From: Sulfolobales archaeon HS-7
GTDB lineage: Archaea > Thermoproteota > Thermoprotei_A > Sulfolobales > Sulfolobaceae
Reading direction: 5' to 3'
NCBI GenBank assembly: GCA_019704295.1
Contig: AP024596.1
Span: 96,001-160,000 of the forward strand
DNA length: 64,000 nt
Under the pieces are notes generated by a model that ran no database searches, had not been told where the DNA came from, and was given only the letters and a program-made list of their open reading frames with translations. A program made the position numbers and the translations under genes. How positions within the stretch are numbered: position 1 is the stretch's first letter; each line of letters begins with the position of its first letter. This document shows, one piece after another, positions 60,285-64,000 of the stretch.

Positions 60285-61217
60285 TCAAAACTTCGAATAG
60301 TATTCAATAAACTTCTTTACATCGTCTAAGGATGCATACGTTTCTGCATCACCCTCAGTCATTAGCTTAATCCCTACAAAGGCCGCCGCGATTCTTAGGG
60401 ATTCTCCAAGTTCCCTTCCCGACAACCAGGATGCGATGAAGGCACCCGAAAACGCGTCTCCTGCACCTATGTCGTGAACTACTGGGACTTTGAAAGCCTG
60501 AGTTGAAGCCTTCTCTCCCTCATGCCACGCGGCGGCACCCTTCTCTCCTAGCTTGTAAACTAAAAGAGATACACCGTAGTCTTTTACGACACCTATCACC
60601 TTTTCAAAATCAGTTTCCCCAAAAATCAATGACGCGTCTCCTGGATCTGTTATCAGAACATCTACTAGCGGAAGAACGCTCAATATTGCCTTTCTTGCTT
60701 GCTCACCACTCCATAGCTTTAATCTAATGTTGGTGTCGAAGCTTGTCATCTTCGCCTTTTCAAACGCAGTTTTCAGGGCCTCTGACGCTGACTTGCTTAT
60801 TGCTAACGTTATTCCCGTAGAGTGCACTAAGTCCGCGCCCTTTATTTCGTCTGGTACGTCCTCTGGTGATATCATACTCCCTGCGCTTCCCGTTCTATAG
60901 TAGTAAACTTCGTTCCTGTTTGGTAGGGGAAAGTTCTTCTGAACGAAGAACACTGCCGTCCATGCCCCTTTTGTAGACTTTACGTAGTTTACGTTTACTC
61001 CCTTACCCATGAGATACTCAATTATGTATTTTCCGAATTCATCGTCACCAACCCTAGCTATCAGATGACACTCCACCCCTAACCTAGAAGCGCTTATGCA
61101 GAAGTTGGCCTCCGCACCTCCCATGTACTTTTTGAAAGAGAGTACATGCCTTAGCGGACCGGAATTCTCCGGTAATAATTGTACCATAGGTTCTCCAATA
61201 GCGAAAATTTTAGCCAT
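60285..61217 (-). CDS. kdgK: PfkB sugar kinase (KDG/KDGal kinase-like)
   Basis: IGEPM, GGAEAN, VGDDEFG, YYR.GSAGS, HSTGITLAIS, FDTNIRLKLW, DIGAGDAF. Confidence 0.75.
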   Translation of the reverse strand: MAKIFAIGEPMVQLLPENSGPLRHVLSFKKYMGGAEANFCISASRLGVECHLIARVGDDEFGKYIIEYLMGKGVNVNYVKSTKGAWTAVFFVQKNFPLPNRNEVYYYRTGSAGSMISPEDVPDEIKGADLVHSTGITLAISKSASEALKTAFEKAKMTSFDTNIRLKLWSGEQARKAILSVLPLVDVLITDPGDASLIFGETDFEKVIGVVKDYGVSLLVYKLGEKGAAAWHEGEKASTQAFKVPVVHDIGAGDAFSGAFIASWLSGRELGESLRIAAAFVGIKLMTEGDAETYASLDDVKKFIEYYSKF

Positions 61218-61294
61218 GCGTAATTAAAATATATGAGAATTAAAATAGGCGACGGATTCCTGGAAACTATTTATGGTACAACGTTTTCTATTAA

Positions 61295-62200
61295 GTGATG
61301 AGGATATTTTCCACCCGTAAACTTAACGAAAAGGCAAGGGAGTATTTGAGGGAATGGAAAGTGTACGAGGTTGACCCCCCTGAAGACGCCGATGCGATAT
61401 TGTGTTGGCCTTCAGAGTTCTCAAAGTACTCCTTTAAGAGCCTAAAAGTCGTTCAAACTTTCTCTGCAGGTGTAGACGACTTCCCCTTTCATCTCCTAAA
61501 GAAAGGGGTCAGGTTGTTTTCAAATGCAGGCGCTTACTCAGTTTCCGTAGCGGAACACGCCTGGGGGCTTATCCTCTCCTTAGCGAAGGGGATAGGTAAA
61601 AGGGAGAGAGAGAAGAGTTACGTTCTCAATGGGAAGAACCTCCTTATTCTAGGAGCAGGGGGGATAGGAACGGAGATCGCTAGAATGGGAAAATACGGAT
61701 TTAACATGAGGGTTATAGGAGTCTCAAGGAGTTTTAAAAATCCCGAATTTTTTGATGTAAGGTTTGGAATATTACAGTTGGATGAAGTTATTTCCGAAGG
61801 GGATGTAATAGCTATTTCTTTACCTCTTAATGAACAGACGAGAGGACTTATCAACTACCATAGAATGCAAAGAATGAAGGAGCAATCCATTTTAGTTAAC
61901 GTAGGAAGGGCAGAAGTAGTAGTATATGAAGATGTGGTCAGGATATTGAGGGAAAGAAGGGGATTCAGATTCGGGACTGACGTCTTCTGGAGGATCAACG
62001 GAAGGGAAAACTATGATTTAGATCTCTGGAATTTCAGTAACTTCACGGGAACACTTCACACGGCCGGCGGTTTAGCTAACGAAGAAGTTTTACAGAATGC
62101 AATAGAGAAAGCAGTTCTCAACCTAAGAAGAGTCCTTCTCGAGGGAAGAGGAGAGAACGAGGTGAAAATTGAGGATTACATTAATCAGGGTGAGCCGTAA
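61295..62200 (+). CDS. D-isomer-specific 2-hydroxyacid dehydrogenase
   Basis: SAGVD, VAEH, LGAGGIG, LPL...T, VNVGRA, DV.W, H.AG. Confidence 0.88.
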   Translation: MMRIFSTRKLNEKAREYLREWKVYEVDPPEDADAILCWPSEFSKYSFKSLKVVQTFSAGVDDFPFHLLKKGVRLFSNAGAYSVSVAEHAWGLILSLAKGIGKREREKSYVLNGKNLLILGAGGIGTEIARMGKYGFNMRVIGVSRSFKNPEFFDVRFGILQLDEVISEGDVIAISLPLNEQTRGLINYHRMQRMKEQSILVNVGRAEVVVYEDVVRILRERRGFRFGTDVFWRINGRENYDLDLWNFSNFTGTLHTAGGLANEEVLQNAIEKAVLNLRRVLLEGRGENEVKIEDYINQGEP

Positions 62201-63138
62201 TGAGGAGATTTATAATCGACTGCGATACTGCAGAGGACGACATAATGAGCTTTTTCATGTTGGTAAGCAGGGGATTTAGTGTAGAGGGAATAACAGTAGT
62301 TGAAGGGAACATAAATTTTGACCAAGAGGTTAAAAACGCGCTATGGATGTCGGAGCTTGCGGAGAAATACACGGGGAGAAAATATCCCGTATTTCCAGGA
62401 ATGAGGAGGCCCATAGTCAAGGATTATAGAACGGTTGAGAACGTTCATGGTAACACAGGAGTAGGCGAATACGCGTTAACTCCAACACGTGAAAAGCCAC
62501 AATCTAAACACGCAATAGACGCGATCATAGAGCTCAGCGAAATTTACCCTGGCGAACTGGAGTTTCTAGCTATTTCTCCTCTTACTAATTTAGCCTTAGC
62601 ATGGTTGAAGTATCCGAGGATAGCGGGGGAAATAAAGAAAGTGTACGTCATGGGAGGAACGATCCACGGGAGAGGGAATATAACCCCCTCTTCCGAGTAC
62701 AACATATGGGTTGATCCCGAGGCAGCTAAAATCGTGTTTAATGCGGGATTTGACATCACTATGGTATCATGGGACTTGATTACCGATTACGTTATTGAGG
62801 AGACCGAATGGGAGAAAATTAAGTCAATGAAAACTGAGATGGCCCAGCTTTACGTAAAGATTTACTCTCATTATAGAAATTACGCTATGAGTAGGCAAAG
62901 GATGAAGGGAAATCCTCATCCAGATGTAATAACTACGTCTGTCGCCATAAATCCTGATGTAGCTAAAGAGGTAAGGGAAGAATACGTAATAGTAGATACC
63001 TCCGATGGTCCCTCTAGAGGGGCAACGTTCATAGATTACCTCGGTATTACTGGAAACAAACCTAATGCTAAAGTGGTTTACTCTATTAATAGGGAGAAAT
63101 TCCTGGAGGAAATCTTCTTCACCTTAGGCTGGAAATAG
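62200..63138 (+). CDS. Nucleoside hydrolase (IU-NH family)
   Basis: [23 protein letters not shown]...GN.T..SEYN.WVDPEAA, HPD. Confidence 0.9.
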   Translation: MRRFIIDCDTAEDDIMSFFMLVSRGFSVEGITVVEGNINFDQEVKNALWMSELAEKYTGRKYPVFPGMRRPIVKDYRTVENVHGNTGVGEYALTPTREKPQSKHAIDAIIELSEIYPGELEFLAISPLTNLALAWLKYPRIAGEIKKVYVMGGTIHGRGNITPSSEYNIWVDPEAAKIVFNAGFDITMVSWDLITDYVIEETEWEKIKSMKTEMAQLYVKIYSHYRNYAMSRQRMKGNPHPDVITTSVAINPDVAKEVREEYVIVDTSDGPSRGATFIDYLGITGNKPNAKVVYSINREKFLEEIFFTLGWK

Positions 63139-64000
63139 GTTCTTTAATCCGTTGCCCGATATATGAATTACCGATTTTTCCTCAGGGATGACCTTTTTAT
63201 AACCAGCGTAACTCACAGCAGAACTGTACTCAGCTAGGATTCCCATTTTAGCGAGTTCCTCCCAAGCTCTCTTAATCTCGTCCTCATCCACAATTACGCA
63301 ATCGCCGTAATTCCTCAGCACTTGCACCATCTCTTCAAGGAGTACGGGGGAAGTTGAAACCAACGCATCAGCTATAGACGTGACCTGAGTCGGAGGAGTG
63401 TAGTTTATGCCCTTTAGTTTTGAACACACAGGACTTACCTGCTTTGTTTGAACGCCGATGAGCTTCGGTACCTCTGAGACGATTCCTGAATTCAGCAGGT
63501 GCATAAATCCTTCGTAAACGCCCAGTAGTAGAGTTCCAGCTGAGATTGGAATGAACACGTTTTTGACGTCTCGCAAAGAAGCTATTTCATATGAGAGGGT
63601 TCTTATCCCGTCTCTGAATTCGGGGTTAAGTACATGAGAGGCGTAGAAAGCACCGTCTTTCATCGCAGCGTCTGCAACGTCGTTCCTAGTCCCTTTAACC
63701 TTTATCACTTTTGCTCCATATGCCTCAATTTGCTCGACCTTGATCCCAGCAGATCTCTCCGGTACGTAGATCTTTACCCTCATGCCGGCAGCTGCTCCAT
63801 ATGCTGCAATTGATGCTCCGGCATTCCCTGAGGAATCTTCTGATATTTCGTTTATGCCCTTTTCTGCTAGAAAGGAGATTAGAGTAACCGCGCCCCTATC
63901 TTTATAGGAACCTGTGGGGTTTAACGAATCGAGCTTGAAATAAAGGTTTCCATGCGATACTACAGGGGTATTAAGTTCACCTAGGGTAACCCAGCGTTTA
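63124..64000 (-). CDS. Threonine-synthase-like PLP enzyme (5' end outside the window)
   Basis: Frame open to the window edge: [44 protein letters not shown]. Confidence 0.88.
   Translation of the reverse strand, partial: KRWVTLGELNTPVVSHGNLYFKLDSLNPTGSYKDRGAVTLISFLAEKGINEISEDSSGNAGASIAAYGAAAGMRVKIYVPERSAGIKVEQIEAYGAKVIKVKGTRNDVADAAMKDGAFYASHVLNPEFRDGIRTLSYEIASLRDVKNVFIPISAGTLLLGVYEGFMHLLNSGIVSEVPKLIGVQTKQVSPVCSKLKGINYTPPTQVTSIADALVSTSPVLLEEMVQVLRNYGDCVIVDEDEIKRAWEELAKMGILAEYSSAVSYAGYKKVIPEEKSVIHISGNGLKNLFPA

Noticed and set aside
2876-62759. Many short ORF-track entries antisense to or inside long genes (e.g. 2876-3157, 4298-4690, 4807-5277, 24639-25118, 45481-45795, 62544-62759)
   Set aside because: Shadow frames of well-supported genes, with no motifs
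1-64000. CRISPR array, tRNA or rRNA genes
   Set aside because: No regularly spaced 24-37-bp repeats with unique spacers, and no GC-rich cloverleaf or rRNA-like tract, seen by eye

Overview
AT-rich archaeal chromosomal window, very likely a sulfur-oxidising member of the Sulfolobales. This assignment is inferred from gene content (dsrE3A-dsrE2B-tusA-sHdr-lbpA-lipoate ligase, upsXEF, amyA-glgA, GH116/GH36, HEPN-MNT) and from GGTGA/GGGGAT ribosome-binding sites. Core content: a complete sHdr/LbpA sulfur-oxidation cluster (11.6-20.2 kb), a ups pilus locus with no adjacent pilins (22.3-27.2 kb), a glycoside-catabolism operon, a glycogen locus, and many transporters and regulators. No rRNA, tRNA or CRISPR array was seen. 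The most unusual signals are mostly non-coding. (1) A dispersed ~150-bp element (at least 5 copies) is closed by an 11-bp stem that shows compensatory base changes between copies. (2) An mrr gene is translationally coupled to a frameshifted fragment that resembles the C-terminal tail of a solo/casposase-type Cas1. (3) A HEPN-MNT module lies between perfect 159-bp direct repeats that duplicate the promoter and 5' end of a kaiC-like pseudogene. (4) sHdrC2 apparently starts at ACG. (5) A second dispersed repeat family and IS200/IS605-derived MITEs are present. All family assignments come from reading motifs by eye; no database searches were run.
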